A DNA stretch of 61,327 nucleotides, filler included. It is 9 parts of 9 records of this genome, joined end to end, with 100 filler letters (N's around TTAATTAATTAA, not from the genome) between each part and the next. Parts side by side here need not be neighbours in the genome. Positions count along the whole stretch, not along the records: positions 5,223 to 10,817 come from SRR31156797_67190; positions 10,918 to 16,399 come from SRR31156797_67213; positions 16,500 to 21,526 come from SRR31156797_67215; 6 more parts are not named here. One strand, written 5' to 3'. Positions 8,094 through 18,904 of the stretch are shown one piece after another. The translations under genes and the position numbers were made by a program. A model generated the notes under the pieces. That model was not told where the DNA came from. It was given only the letters and a program-made list of their open reading frames with translations, and did no database searches. Within the stretch, counting starts at the first letter, position 1. Each line of letters begins with the position of its first letter.

Positions 8094-9620
8094 TTGCAAA
8101 TTATCCTTGAAAAGATACATTCGGCGGCCGTCCAGGCGACTGAGCGCCGGATGCCGGGGCGACTGCTCATCGTCCTCAACCTTCTAGTGTTTGCGACATT
8201 ATTTTTTTTCACGCCTCTCCATGCAATACCAACAGAAAAGCGCCAAAATGTATTGGTAATATATTCAACCCACGACAGAATGCCATGGCAACGCCTGCTG
8301 CGATCCGGCCTGGGAGCAGGCCTGGAGGCTGCAGACTCCCGCATAGTGCTTTTTGAGGAAAACCTGGATGCCGCCCGCTTTCCCGACCCGGGCCACTCGG
8401 CGGCCTTTGCCTTGTATTTGAAAGGGAAATACAAGAATAAGCCGATTGACGTGCTGGTAACGCAAGGCCTTCCGGCATCGGCGCTGATGAACGCCAACAA
8501 GGATTTGTTCCCCGAGGCTTACCTTTTGCTGCTCGCTCCGGGCGCAGATGTGGAACAAAAACTTGGGAGTGAACGTAATGTATCAGTGCTAATGACTCAG
8601 GATGATATTATCGCTTCATTCGATTCCATGGTCTCTGTGACACAATCCAAAAATGTTGTTGTCCTGGGCGAAACCAGAACTAAATTCGTCCGACATTATG
8701 CGGTGCAATTAATAAAAGAACGCCCATCCGGAAGAAACGGTGTAAATGTCGATTATTTACTGAACCTTCCCCTTGAAGAAATGAAGCGCCGGGTCGAAAA
8801 GCTTCCAAAAAACAGCGCCATCTTTTACTTATTGATGTTTCAGGATGGCGCCGGTAAAACAATCACCCCGCTCCAGGCGGCAAAGATGCTGGCCGGCAAT
8901 GCGTCCGCCCCAATGTTCAGCCATTGGGAAACACTGCTTGGAAGCGGTATTGCCGGCGGTTATATGTTGAGCGCGGAACGAATCGGTCTGGCGGCCGCTG
9001 AGGAAGTTAAAAACCTATTAGCCGGTAAACCATCGGCTTTGGACCGGAAATCATCGGACAGGTTGTTTGCCGACCTGTATGACTGGCGAGCCCTCACCCG
9101 CTATGGGATCGATCAATCCCGGTTGCCTCAAGGAAGCCGCCTCCTTTACTACAAACCATCCCTTTGGTCGCAGTACCGAATTCATATCATCATCGCCGGC
9201 GCCCTGATCCTGATACTGAGTTCTCTGAGCGCCCTGTTGGCCCACGCACTTATGGGGCGACGCCGGGCTGTAAAAGAACTTGAAATTGAACGTTCACACC
9301 TCGAAGAGCGGGTTGCGGACCGGACCAAGGATCTGTCTCGCTCAAATGAGCAGTTGGAAATGTTGAACGCGGAAATATCAGAGAAGAATAGAAAACTGGA
9401 AAAAGCCCTTGCTGAAATCAACACTCTGAGGGGCTTCCTTCCCATCTGTTCCAACTGCAAGAAAGTCCGGGACGATCATGGTTATTGGAACCAGATTGAA
9501 AGTTACATCCAGGAGCGCTCCGAGGCGGTCTTCTCGCACAGCATCTGCCCCGAATGCATGAAAGAAATATACCCGGATATGGCGGACAAGGTGTTGTCCA
9601 AAATGGACGATCCTCAGTGA
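8094..9620 (+). CDS. Membrane sensor: periplasmic ABC-substrate-binding-like domain, TM helix, coiled coil and C-terminal Cys/His-rich domain; no kinase domain (start uncertain)
   Basis: N-terminal TM; YDWRAL.RYGI..LP.GS..YKPSLW typical of this sensor domain; second TM; LEERVADRT; ICSNCKKVRDD..W..IESY....FSHSICPEC. Confidence 0.8.
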   Translation: MQIILEKIHSAAVQATERRMPGRLLIVLNLLVFATLFFFTPLHAIPTEKRQNVLVIYSTHDRMPWQRLLRSGLGAGLEAADSRIVLFEENLDAARFPDPGHSAAFALYLKGKYKNKPIDVLVTQGLPASALMNANKDLFPEAYLLLLAPGADVEQKLGSERNVSVLMTQDDIIASFDSMVSVTQSKNVVVLGETRTKFVRHYAVQLIKERPSGRNGVNVDYLLNLPLEEMKRRVEKLPKNSAIFYLLMFQDGAGKTITPLQAAKMLAGNASAPMFSHWETLLGSGIAGGYMLSAERIGLAAAEEVKNLLAGKPSALDRKSSDRLFADLYDWRALTRYGIDQSRLPQGSRLLYYKPSLWSQYRIHIIIAGALILILSSLSALLAHALMGRRRAVKELEIERSHLEERVADRTKDLSRSNEQLEMLNAEISEKNRKLEKALAEINTLRGFLPICSNCKKVRDDHGYWNQIESYIQERSEAVFSHSICPECMKEIYPDMADKVLSKMDDPQ

Positions 9621-9874
9621 AAAGATGGACCCGGCTTTCCCCTCACTTCCCAACGATGCTAACTTGCTTAGTTTTGAGCGTCAATCCGGCTATACTCGAA
9701 ATAATAATGTAGACTTCAACGGAAGTTTTCCTCGCTCGTTTACCCGTGTTAAATGAAAATACGCCAAGCGCCGCTGCATGAAGTTATAGTCCTTGATTAA
9801 ATCGTATTGGTTTATCATGTTATTAAACCGGTATAACAAAAATGTCGAGATACGACAGGCGGTATATTTAAAAA

Positions 9875-10817
9875 ATGAATAGAGAATATGAAGAAGCAAA
9901 TCAGACCGGACAAGGGAAGCAATACCAATCCAATGATTTATCCCTAAAAGGGTATTATGCTATCGGGGCTCTTTCTATCCTTATAGGTCTATTCATTGTC
10001 GGCATATTAAACCTGATGACGCCGCTGCAGATTGTCGCCGGCAGGATGGAATATCTGGCGCGATTTTCCGGTGTTGTTTTATATTTGCATTTCGTCCCGC
10101 CTTTGGTTTTTCTCCTGTTAACATATGGTTTTTTCCACTTTGTGCTGAGTGTCATATTACGACCGGTTTACGGTTACCTAAAGATATGCGGAACGAGCAA
10201 CACCTTTCCCAAAGATTTGCATGAAAAAGCCGGACGGCGCCTTTTGAATATTCCATTTATATTTATTCCCGCGAACCTGGGTATGTGGATACTGATATTG
10301 TCCGTCCCCGCTGTTGGCGGATATCTGGCCGGGCTGATGGACCTCCGGACTGTTGCCTCCCTTTCCGCACGGGCGGGAATGGTCGGTCTCATTTCGTCTT
10401 TTACGGCGTCTCATCTCATGGAGTATTACTCTCGAAGAAAGCTTATTCCCTTTTTCTTTCCCGAAGGCAGGTTGGTGAACGTGAAAGGCGCCTTTCGCAT
10501 TTCGATATCTCGGCGTATTCAACTGCTAAACATGTTGGGAATTGTCATACCGGGCATTATCTTGCTGGCCACCCTCATTACACTTCAATGGGAAGTGGAA
10601 GCGTCCCGGGTTTCACCAGTTGAATACGGATGGATAATAATCAGGTTTTCGCTCTTCCTGTTCGGAATGTTTTATATTTTAATACTGGCGCTTAGCAAGG
10701 TGGGCGGCCGAAATATCACGGAACCCTTAAACGAGATTATCCGTGTATTAAAGTCGATTCGAAAAGGCCAATTTGATGAAAATGTTCAGGTGGTTTCAAA
10801 CGATGAAATCGGATACA
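9875..10817 (+). CDS. Multi-TM HAMP-domain signalling protein (3'-truncated; output domain missing, likely adenylate cyclase or SpoIIE type)
   Basis: About 6 TM helices, then ITEPLNEII.VLKSIRKGQFD.NVQVVSNDEIG HAMP motif running into the linker. Confidence 0.75.
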
Positions 10818-10917
10818 NNNNNNNNNNNNNNNNNNNNNNNNNNNNNNNNNNNNNNNNNNNNTTAATTAATTAANNNNNNNNNNNNNNNNNNNNNNNNNNN
10901 NNNNNNNNNNNNNNNNN
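10818..10917. other. Artificial contig linker
   Basis: N-run, TTAATTAATTAA, N-run. Confidence 0.99.
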
Positions 10918-11244
10918 AAAGAGGAAAACATGAGCAAGCCCCTGAAAAGCCACTTTTTTGGAAAGGATAAAAACTGGGAAACTGCTAAGAAATATTCACC
11001 ACAGCGAAATGTAACAGAGAACACGCCACCGGCTTTTTTAATTCATGCCGATAACGATGATGTGGTTGAATCTTCTCATTCCATTGAATTATATCTGGCA
11101 TTAAAGAAATTCAATATCCCCGCAGAGATGCACATCTTTCAGGATGGCGGACATGGTTTTGGAATTACCAAAATTAATATGCCTGCTGAACAATGGACAG
11201 AGCTTTTTTACCAGTGGCTAAAACAACGAAAAATAGTAGAATAA
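10918..11244 (+). CDS. Alpha/beta hydrolase (esterase), C-terminal part (5'-truncated)
   Basis: TPPAFLIHADNDDVV and EMHIFQDGGHGFG carry the catalytic Asp and His. Confidence 0.85.
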   Translation, partial: KEENMSKPLKSHFFGKDKNWETAKKYSPQRNVTENTPPAFLIHADNDDVVESSHSIELYLALKKFNIPAEMHIFQDGGHGFGITKINMPAEQWTELFYQWLKQRKIVE

Positions 11245-11258
11245 ACAGGAGGATAACA

Positions 11259-11732
11259 ATGGATAGTAAATATTCAAAAGTACAATTGACAGTTTTAGTG
11301 GCATTACGCTTTCTGATTGGGTGGCATATGCTGTATGAAGGAGTACACAAGTTATTAACTCCGGGGTGGTCATCAAAAGGTTTTTTGGGCGAATCGCAGT
11401 GGATTCTGTCGGGTTTTGCAAAATGGGTTATTTCGAATGACGGAGTTTTAAATGTTGTTGATTTTCTAAACACCTGGGGCTTAATAGCAATAGGGCTTGG
11501 ATTAATCTTCGGACTGTTTACACGGGTTGCCACCATCTCTGGAGTAATCCTTTTGCTTATGTATTATTTCAACAATCCTCCGCTGATTGGATTGGAATAT
11601 TCAATGCCAACTGAAGGTAATTATCTAATTGTGAGCAAAACGCTAATTGAGGCAATCGCTTTGTTGGCCTTGTTTTTCTTTCCAACCGGAAAAATAATTG
11701 GTTTAGACAGGTTTGTATTTAATAAGAAGTAA
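11259..11732 (+). CDS. DoxX family membrane protein
   Basis: AGGAGG RBS; LRFLIGWHMLYEG..K, IGLGLIFGLFTR and GLD motifs; 4 TM helices. Confidence 0.85.
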   Translation: MDSKYSKVQLTVLVALRFLIGWHMLYEGVHKLLTPGWSSKGFLGESQWILSGFAKWVISNDGVLNVVDFLNTWGLIAIGLGLIFGLFTRVATISGVILLLMYYFNNPPLIGLEYSMPTEGNYLIVSKTLIEAIALLALFFFPTGKIIGLDRFVFNKK

Positions 11733-11744
11733 GAAGAGAAGATT

Positions 11745-13331
11745 ATGGAAAATCAAAATAACGGGATACAAGATAAGGAACCACAGGAGAACTCGAAATT
11801 TAGGATGAATCGAAGATCTGTGTTAAAAGGATTGGCAGGATTACCGGTTGCAGGACTTTTTTCATATGAACTGTTTAGGAAAGCATCCTTTGAAAGACAG
11901 AATAGTAAAGATCTTGTTAAGGAACTTAACCTGGGTGACTTTTCTTCACCATCTTCATTACAACCGGCTCATAAAGGAGATTTAATAAGAATTGGTTTTA
12001 TCGGTTTTGGCGCAAGGGCCATTTCATTGGCCAAAGCCCTTGGTTTTGTTCACCCCAAAAATACAGCAAAACGTATTGAAATGGGGCATATGGACGGGTG
12101 GTTAGCACAAGCGGATTTGAACGTAGCAATAACTGGTATCTGCGAAGTGTTTGACGAAAGGGCACAAAACGGATTGGAAATAGCTGCCAGCGAATTTCGC
12201 CCAAGTGGGGGCAAAACTTCGGGGCTACCTGTTAAGCGGTATCAGAATTATAAAGAAATGCTGGCAGATAAAGATATTGACGCTGTTGTAATTGCAACCC
12301 CCGATCATCACCATGCACGAATGTCGATTGAGGCAGCAAAAGCCGGAAAACATGTGTACTGCGAAAAAAGCCCGGCGATAAGGGAAGCTGAATTATTTGA
12401 ATTATATGATACGATTAAGAATAGTGATATCGTGTATCAATTGGGGCATCAAATTTCTAAAAATACAATCTTCCAACAAGCCAAAGATATTATCAATAAA
12501 AATATTCTTGGGAAAATTAGTTTGATAGAAACCACAACGAATCGGAATACCGCTTCCGGGGCCTGGATAAGGCATTTGGATAAAGATGGAAATCCGAGAC
12601 CGGGAAATGTAAACTCAATCGATTGGGATCAGTGGTTGGGCGATGCTCCTAAAGTTCCTTTTAGCATAGAAAGATATTACAGCTGGACAAAATGGTTCGA
12701 TTACGACCTGGGAATGTTAGGACAACTTTTTACTCATGAATACGATGCAGTTAACCAATTATTGAATATTGGAATTCCGAAATCCGCAATGTCGTCTGGT
12801 GGCCTGTATTATTGGAAAGATAACAGGGAAATACCGGATCATTTACAGTCTGTTTTTGAATATCCGGAGAAAGAACTTACGCTAATTTATAGTGCCAGCC
12901 TGGCAAGTAGTCGCGACAGGGGACGTGTAATCATGGGGCACGATGCTTCAATGGAACTTGGCGGTTCATTAAAAATTACTGTTGATAAGGATTCAACACG
13001 TTTCAAAAAGCAAATAAAAGAAGGGCTTATTACTCCATCAGAACCCATGCTTTCAATTAACCCGAATTCGGGTAAAGTTGATGCGGTTTCCTCGGCAACG
13101 GCAAAATATTACGAACAAAGGGGCCTTTATACAACAAACATAGGAGGCATAAAAATGGATGTTACCCACCTGCACATTAAAGAGTGGGTTGATTGTATTC
13201 GAGGAGGTGGTACCCCAGGATCAGATATCGAACGCGCCTTTGAAGAAGGGGTTACCATGATCATGGCGCATAAGTCGTACATGGAAGGACGAAAAGTAGA
13301 ATGGGACCCGATTAACCGAAAGATTGTATAG
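11745..13331 (+). CDS. Gfo/Idh/MocA family NAD(P)-dependent oxidoreductase with twin-arginine-like N-terminus
   Basis: NRRSVLK plus hydrophobic stretch; IGFIGFGAR; IDAVVIATPDHHH; GKHVYCEK. Confidence 0.9.
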   Translation: MENQNNGIQDKEPQENSKFRMNRRSVLKGLAGLPVAGLFSYELFRKASFERQNSKDLVKELNLGDFSSPSSLQPAHKGDLIRIGFIGFGARAISLAKALGFVHPKNTAKRIEMGHMDGWLAQADLNVAITGICEVFDERAQNGLEIAASEFRPSGGKTSGLPVKRYQNYKEMLADKDIDAVVIATPDHHHARMSIEAAKAGKHVYCEKSPAIREAELFELYDTIKNSDIVYQLGHQISKNTIFQQAKDIINKNILGKISLIETTTNRNTASGAWIRHLDKDGNPRPGNVNSIDWDQWLGDAPKVPFSIERYYSWTKWFDYDLGMLGQLFTHEYDAVNQLLNIGIPKSAMSSGGLYYWKDNREIPDHLQSVFEYPEKELTLIYSASLASSRDRGRVIMGHDASMELGGSLKITVDKDSTRFKKQIKEGLITPSEPMLSINPNSGKVDAVSSATAKYYEQRGLYTTNIGGIKMDVTHLHIKEWVDCIRGGGTPGSDIERAFEEGVTMIMAHKSYMEGRKVEWDPINRKIV

Positions 13332-13349
13332 TAACTAAAGAAGTTAGAA

Positions 13350-14018
13350 ATGAAAATTTTAAAAGTCATACTGTTTTTTTTACTGGTTCAGCTGGTTGTA
13401 TGTATTTCAGGGAATTCTTCGGCTTTGGCTCAAGACCCTCTCAGGTATCAAAAAGCCATAGCTGAGTTTAAACCGGTATCAGAAGTCGATTCTGAAAACC
13501 TGACACTTTTTGCAGGCAGTTCAACCTTTACCAACTGGAAACACATTCAGGAATCTTTTCCCGGGAAAAATGTATTGAACAATGGTTTTGGTGGTTCGCA
13601 TTTCAGCGACCTGATTTTTTATGTAGAGGAAGCGGTTATCCGTTATAATCCGTCAACAGTAATAATTTATGAAGGCGACAACGACATAGCCCGTGGAAAA
13701 ACACCAGAAAAAGTAATTGAAGATGCCCGGAAACTGATTGCTATTATCCACAAAGAATTACCCAATGCCAAATTGGTAATGGTAGCCCCAAAACCCAGTA
13801 TTGCCAGGTTTAGCTTGAAAGACAAATATTTGACTTACAACGACATGTTAAAAAAACTGACAAAAGAATACAAGTACGTAAAGTATGTAAGCATGTGGAA
13901 AGATATGTTGGGAAAAGATGGAAAACCAAAAGAAGAATACTTCCTGAAAGATAAGCTCCACTTTACCAAAGCGGGTTATAAAGTGTGGACGAAGAAATTG
14001 AAGAAATATGTAAAATAA
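13350..14018 (+). CDS. Secreted SGNH/GDSL hydrolase
   Basis: Signal peptide; FAGSST, NNGFGGS, YEGDND and DKLH blocks. Confidence 0.88.
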   Translation: MKILKVILFFLLVQLVVCISGNSSALAQDPLRYQKAIAEFKPVSEVDSENLTLFAGSSTFTNWKHIQESFPGKNVLNNGFGGSHFSDLIFYVEEAVIRYNPSTVIIYEGDNDIARGKTPEKVIEDARKLIAIIHKELPNAKLVMVAPKPSIARFSLKDKYLTYNDMLKKLTKEYKYVKYVSMWKDMLGKDGKPKEEYFLKDKLHFTKAGYKVWTKKLKKYVK

Positions 14019-14024
14019 GAAATC

Positions 14025-15281
14025 ATGAAAAAATATTTTAAGCTTTTTACAGCAACATTATTATTACTCCTTGTGGTAAATATTTCGCAGGGGCAGGCTG
14101 ATTACGACAAAGCAATAAAAATTGCCGACCGTATCATTGAAAATACGTCATTCAAAATAATCGATTCTGAAAGCAAAGAGTTATTCGATAATACCAAAGG
14201 TTTGCCTGTTGAAAAGAAGTACAAAATTGAAAGCCCATATAACATGTGGCATTACTGGAATGGTGTGCTGGCATTGGCAATGGTAGAATTAACAAAAAGT
14301 ACGGGCGATGAAAAATACATCGATTACACCCGGAAGAATTATAGGTTTATATTCGACAACCTCGATTATTTGGGTAAACAGTACGATGCAGGTTTCAAAG
14401 ACATTTCCATTTATCAGCATTTCGAAATGGGTTTGCTCGACCATTGCGGGGCTATGTCGGCTGGCTTATGCGAGGTATTTAAATCCGATCCGGAACCGGA
14501 ATACGATGCGTATTTAAACAAGGCTATCGATTATGTAAGTAATAAAGAATTGCGTTTTGACGACGGTACTTTTATCCGCCGTACTCCCCGAAAAATGACA
14601 CTGTGGGCTGACGACCTGTATATGTGTGTGCCTTTCCTGGCAAGGATGGCTGAAAAAACAGGCGATAGCAAATATTTAGACGATGCTATTCTTCAGGTGA
14701 AGAATTTTAATAAATACCTTCTAAATGAAAGCAATGGTTTATACTTCCACGGTTATTTTGGCGACAACGGACATAACTCGGTAGCACACTGGGGACGTTG
14801 CAATGGCTGGATTGTTATGGCAGAAACAGAACTGATTAGTTTATTGCCCGATAGCCACCCTGAAAAAGCAAAGCTGATTAAAATTCTTGAAGCACACCTT
14901 GTTAGTTTATCGCGCTTTCAGGATGTTTCGGGAATGTGGCATCAGATAATTGATAAGCCCGATTCGTACCTTGAAAGTTCGGCAACTGCAATGTTTGTTT
15001 ACTGCATTGCCAAAGCGGTTAACGAAGGCTGGATTAAACCAACTTATGCCGCAATAGCTTTCAGCGGATGGAGCGGTTTAAGCAAAAACATTACCGACGA
15101 TGGGCAGGTTGAAAACATCTGCGTTGGAACGGGCATCAGGGATAACATCCAGTATTACTACAAGCGCAAAACTAAACTAAACGATATTCACGGTTTGGGA
15201 GCCATTATTGTGGCAGGCAACGAAATGAAAAAGTTGAGTGAGAATATCAAGTCCTTACGGGAAAAAATGTTAAACGAATAG
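14025..15281 (+). CDS. Glycoside hydrolase family 88/105 (unsaturated uronyl hydrolase)
   Basis: Signal peptide; W.YWNG, LWADDLYM, HWGRCNGW, GMWHQ and YLESSATAMF motifs. Confidence 0.88.
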   Translation: MKKYFKLFTATLLLLLVVNISQGQADYDKAIKIADRIIENTSFKIIDSESKELFDNTKGLPVEKKYKIESPYNMWHYWNGVLALAMVELTKSTGDEKYIDYTRKNYRFIFDNLDYLGKQYDAGFKDISIYQHFEMGLLDHCGAMSAGLCEVFKSDPEPEYDAYLNKAIDYVSNKELRFDDGTFIRRTPRKMTLWADDLYMCVPFLARMAEKTGDSKYLDDAILQVKNFNKYLLNESNGLYFHGYFGDNGHNSVAHWGRCNGWIVMAETELISLLPDSHPEKAKLIKILEAHLVSLSRFQDVSGMWHQIIDKPDSYLESSATAMFVYCIAKAVNEGWIKPTYAAIAFSGWSGLSKNITDDGQVENICVGTGIRDNIQYYYKRKTKLNDIHGLGAIIVAGNEMKKLSENIKSLREKMLNE

Positions 15282-15304
15282 CCAATACTTTTTAAAAACA
15301 GCTT

Positions 15305-16399
15305 ATGACCTTAAGATTCTTGCTCATAACACTTTTTGCCTGCATTTGTGTTTCCACCTATTCATCGGAACATAACACTGGTAATTCAAAAGTTGTTAAT
15401 TCCGTTAACGCGTCAGCAGGGGTAGATTCTTCTCTTTTGAAAAAGATACCTGTACAAATGCAGCAATTTGTTGATGAGAATAAAATTGCAGGAGCAGTAA
15501 CATTTGTGGCACACAAAGGCGAAATAATCAGTTTTGATGCTGTTGGTTTACAAGATATTGAAAAAAACATAGCGATGCAGAAGAACACAGTTTTCCGTAT
15601 TGCATCAATGACTAAACCTTTTGCTGCGGCTGCCATCATGATGCTTCATGAAAAAGGAAAACTTGAACTCGATGACCCTGTTGAAAAGTACCTTCCTGAA
15701 TTCAAAGATTTGTGGCTTAATGATTCCTCTGATGAAGATAAAAAAGTATTAATCCGTCCGGCACGAAAAGTTACAATCAGGGATGTTTTGGCACATACCG
15801 ACGGGCTGGCTCTTCTCCCGGAACATGTAAGGGTAAATTCAATTGCTGAATACGTTTTGGTGGTTTCGCAACAGCCTTTGTTATTCGAACCTGGTTCTAA
15901 ATGGCTGTATGGCGGTGCGGGTATTACTACTGCTGCCCGAATTGTTGAAGTCTTGTCGGGAATGAGCTACGATGAGTTTTTAAAAGAACATGTATTTGGC
16001 CCCTTAAAGATGGAAGAAACATCGTTCTTTTATCAAGATCGATTTGCAGGGCGTATTGCAGCAATCTACAAGCCATCAGAAGATTCTACCCGCCTTGTTC
16101 CCCTTGATACCCCCGACTGGCACAGGTTCCCAAGACCCGAGGGTGGTCTCTTTTCAACAGCAAGCGATATGAATAAATGGATGCAGGCAATACTAAATAA
16201 AGGAATATACAAAGGAGTAAGAATCCTCTCAGAAAACTCAGTTGAAGAAATGACCCGCCTGCAAACAGGCGATTTGAAAACCGGATTTACCGAGGGAATG
16301 GGCTTCGGATTAGGCTTTGGATATGTGAGGGAGCCACAGGGCGTAACCTCAATGTTATCACCCGGAACATTTGGGCACGGTGGCGCATTTGGAACCCAG
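15305..16399 (+). CDS. Beta-lactamase-like serine hydrolase (3'-truncated)
   Basis: FRIASMTK (SxxK), LAHTDG, FEPGSKWLY and FGHGGAFG motifs. Confidence 0.88.
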
Positions 16400-16499
16400 N
16401 NNNNNNNNNNNNNNNNNNNNNNNNNNNNNNNNNNNNNNNNNNNTTAATTAATTAANNNNNNNNNNNNNNNNNNNNNNNNNNNNNNNNNNNNNNNNNNNN
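16400..16499. other. Artificial contig linker
   Basis: N-run, TTAATTAATTAA, N-run. Confidence 0.99.
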
Positions 16500-18211
16500 G
16501 TATCAGCGCCCGCATCTATAAGAGGACTATCCTGCATAATCTTAAAATCTAAAAATGACACAGGAGTATTAGTAACAAAAGCCGGAGTATTATTACTTAA
16601 GACGCTGCTATCCCAGGAAGGCATTACGTCTGCTCCCGCACCGTAATATAGATTATTTTCTCCTGTGAGGTTTGGACTTGCAGTATCCGGATAATACGTA
16701 TAATAGCCCCAAGAATTGGGGTGTCCGACGATTATATTATTTTTCAATATTGCGGATTCTATTTTCCCAGAGATATGTACTGTCGGATAGGCAGAACCTG
16801 CTTTATAAAAAACATTATTATAAACAGAAAAAGAACCGCCATATCTTCCGTTACCTGTACCTCCGATCAGAATTGCAACATCTCCATCACCTGGATTTGA
16901 AACAATATTATTGTAGAAATAACATGTTTTAATAAAACCATAGTTAGAACTCCCATCACCCCCGCCTAAGATAACATTTTGACGTGAATTATCATGAAAC
17001 CAGTTGTCATGAACGTAAAAATCCTCCAAGGTATCGGTCGTAACATGCCCATATACTTGAAGCCCACGTCCTTGCGACCCCCATCCCATATCATTCCACC
17101 CGACGTCAATATGGTTTAGTTGTCCATACCCTCCTATGTATATCTGATAGACCCTGCGCCCTGTATCTTCCCCCCTATAATTTGCGCATTGATCATGCAG
17201 GTAATTGCCATAGATGGATAGTTTCTCCATGCCGTTTTTGCATCCATAGGCTACAATTATATTTCCCCACTGACCAGTTGTTGTTGCAATAGTTGTGGCA
17301 TCATTTCCAATTATTCGAATATTCGATGTACCGGCAGTCGTGTAACCACTGCCACCCAATGAAATAGCAGCCCATGCCGCTTCCATTGTAAATTTTGAGA
17401 ACGTCCAGTATTCCAGCTGCCTGCCTGAATAAAACATATAAATACATGATCGCAACCCGGCACTATTCTCTTCGTTCGCCTTCATTTGAACATCATCACC
17501 AGGATATGCCGTAACAGTAATGCTTTTCCCCTCTATCCCATTCCAATGATTTCTGGTATTTGCGGAGTCAACAGTTCCATAACCGAAAGTAAAAAGACCA
17601 CCATTATGATAGGTACTACCACCCTTGTCATGATCCGTATACGGAGTTCCGGAACCTATCAGATAACAAACATCCCCTGCCTTTAAATTTCCCCGAGCCC
17701 ATCCAGTAGTTTTTTTGGCAAGAGCAACAGTCAGTCCAGATTTGGCATCATCGCCATTTACATTATTAAGAAAATAAATACGGTTTTCGCCTAACGCCCT
17801 GCAATGAAATGGGATGGTTGAACTCGTACCTTCTGAAGTTGTAACCTTAATGGTGGTATTCGGATAAGTACCCGTCGTTGCCATATTGCTCTTGAGAAAA
17901 AAAGTTATTCGTTGCATCGCAAGGGGTACCGTGGGTTTAGTAGTTGCTCCCCATTCAGCATAATCGGAATCGTTTGTTAAATTCACCCCCCCCACGGTCA
18001 CATAACTTGTACCTCTTGAAGTACCAACATTCCGACACCATATCGAAACAGCAGCCCCTTTAGTTGAGCTCTGCTCCCAACCCGTTGTCGGGGCATCTGT
18101 CATATCGGAAAACAGGACAACCGGTTTTTCCGCAAAAACAACGGACACCAGGCCCAAAATGAAAAAACCCAAATATGTCAACGTCTTTTTCATCATACTA
18201 ATAGTAAACAT
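16500..18211 (-). CDS. Secreted right-handed parallel beta-helix protein (pectin-lyase-like fold; 3'-truncated)
   Basis: Signal peptide; GDVCYL..G; ITVTAYPG; repeated IxGNxxHD / YNNxF strands; SPLIDAG tail. Confidence 0.7.
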
Positions 18212-18399
18212 TCTCCTACCCCCCTAAATAATAATTTTCTTACAATCATTCTTACGACCCTACACCACATATTCAGGCAAGATTCATGCCCAAAACGCAA
18301 GGCCATTTAGCGTCATCCATGTTTCCGCAGACTGACCGAATGATCTTTCCATTTTTATGGATAAAGGCCTTTGTTACCTCACGCCTCCCCAGGGAATCC

Positions 18400-18904
18400 G
18401 TGCTTGCGAAATTCCCGCTGACGGATCCCCGGTGCCAGCTTCTTTTTAGCCAGATTATATGCCACAGTTTTATCCGGTCGACGCAGAACTTTGCTGTACT
18501 CAAAACACTAAATCTTACCATTAAGACACCTTCGTGACAGCCGGCAACGCTTTTTGCATACCAATGGTATCTATTGCAGACTTGCCGAGGCTGTAGCTAT
18601 AAAACTCTGGAAGAGAATAAGACTCCTAATGCGGCTCTATATGCTTCGTGGCAGCCAGTTGAACCGTGCCATCAGCATCCGTCGGAGTCCATTTTTAATT
18701 TTACCGCCATTTTTACGGGCGGATAAAAAACAGCTACCGGATGACATACGTCATTGCAGATTTTATAGAGGTTGTCTTTCAACCTCTTTTCAAAATCGAC
18801 AATGGATTCGCCATCAATACCGGAGCCCCCCTGTTCGCCTTAACCGGCACAAATGCCGCAAACACGATCTGTTTGGATTTATTTAACGACTTTGTTTTGA
18901 CCAT
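18400..18904 (-). pseudogene. Group II intron reverse transcriptase/maturase pseudogene
   Basis: MVKTKSLNKSKQIVFAAFVPVKANRGA / GIDGESIVDFEKRLKDNLYKICN / RMSSGSCF / PPV / TPTDADGTVQLAATKHIEPH*ESYSLPEFYSYSLGKSAIDTIG; several frameshifts, a stop and no YADD. Confidence 0.85.
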
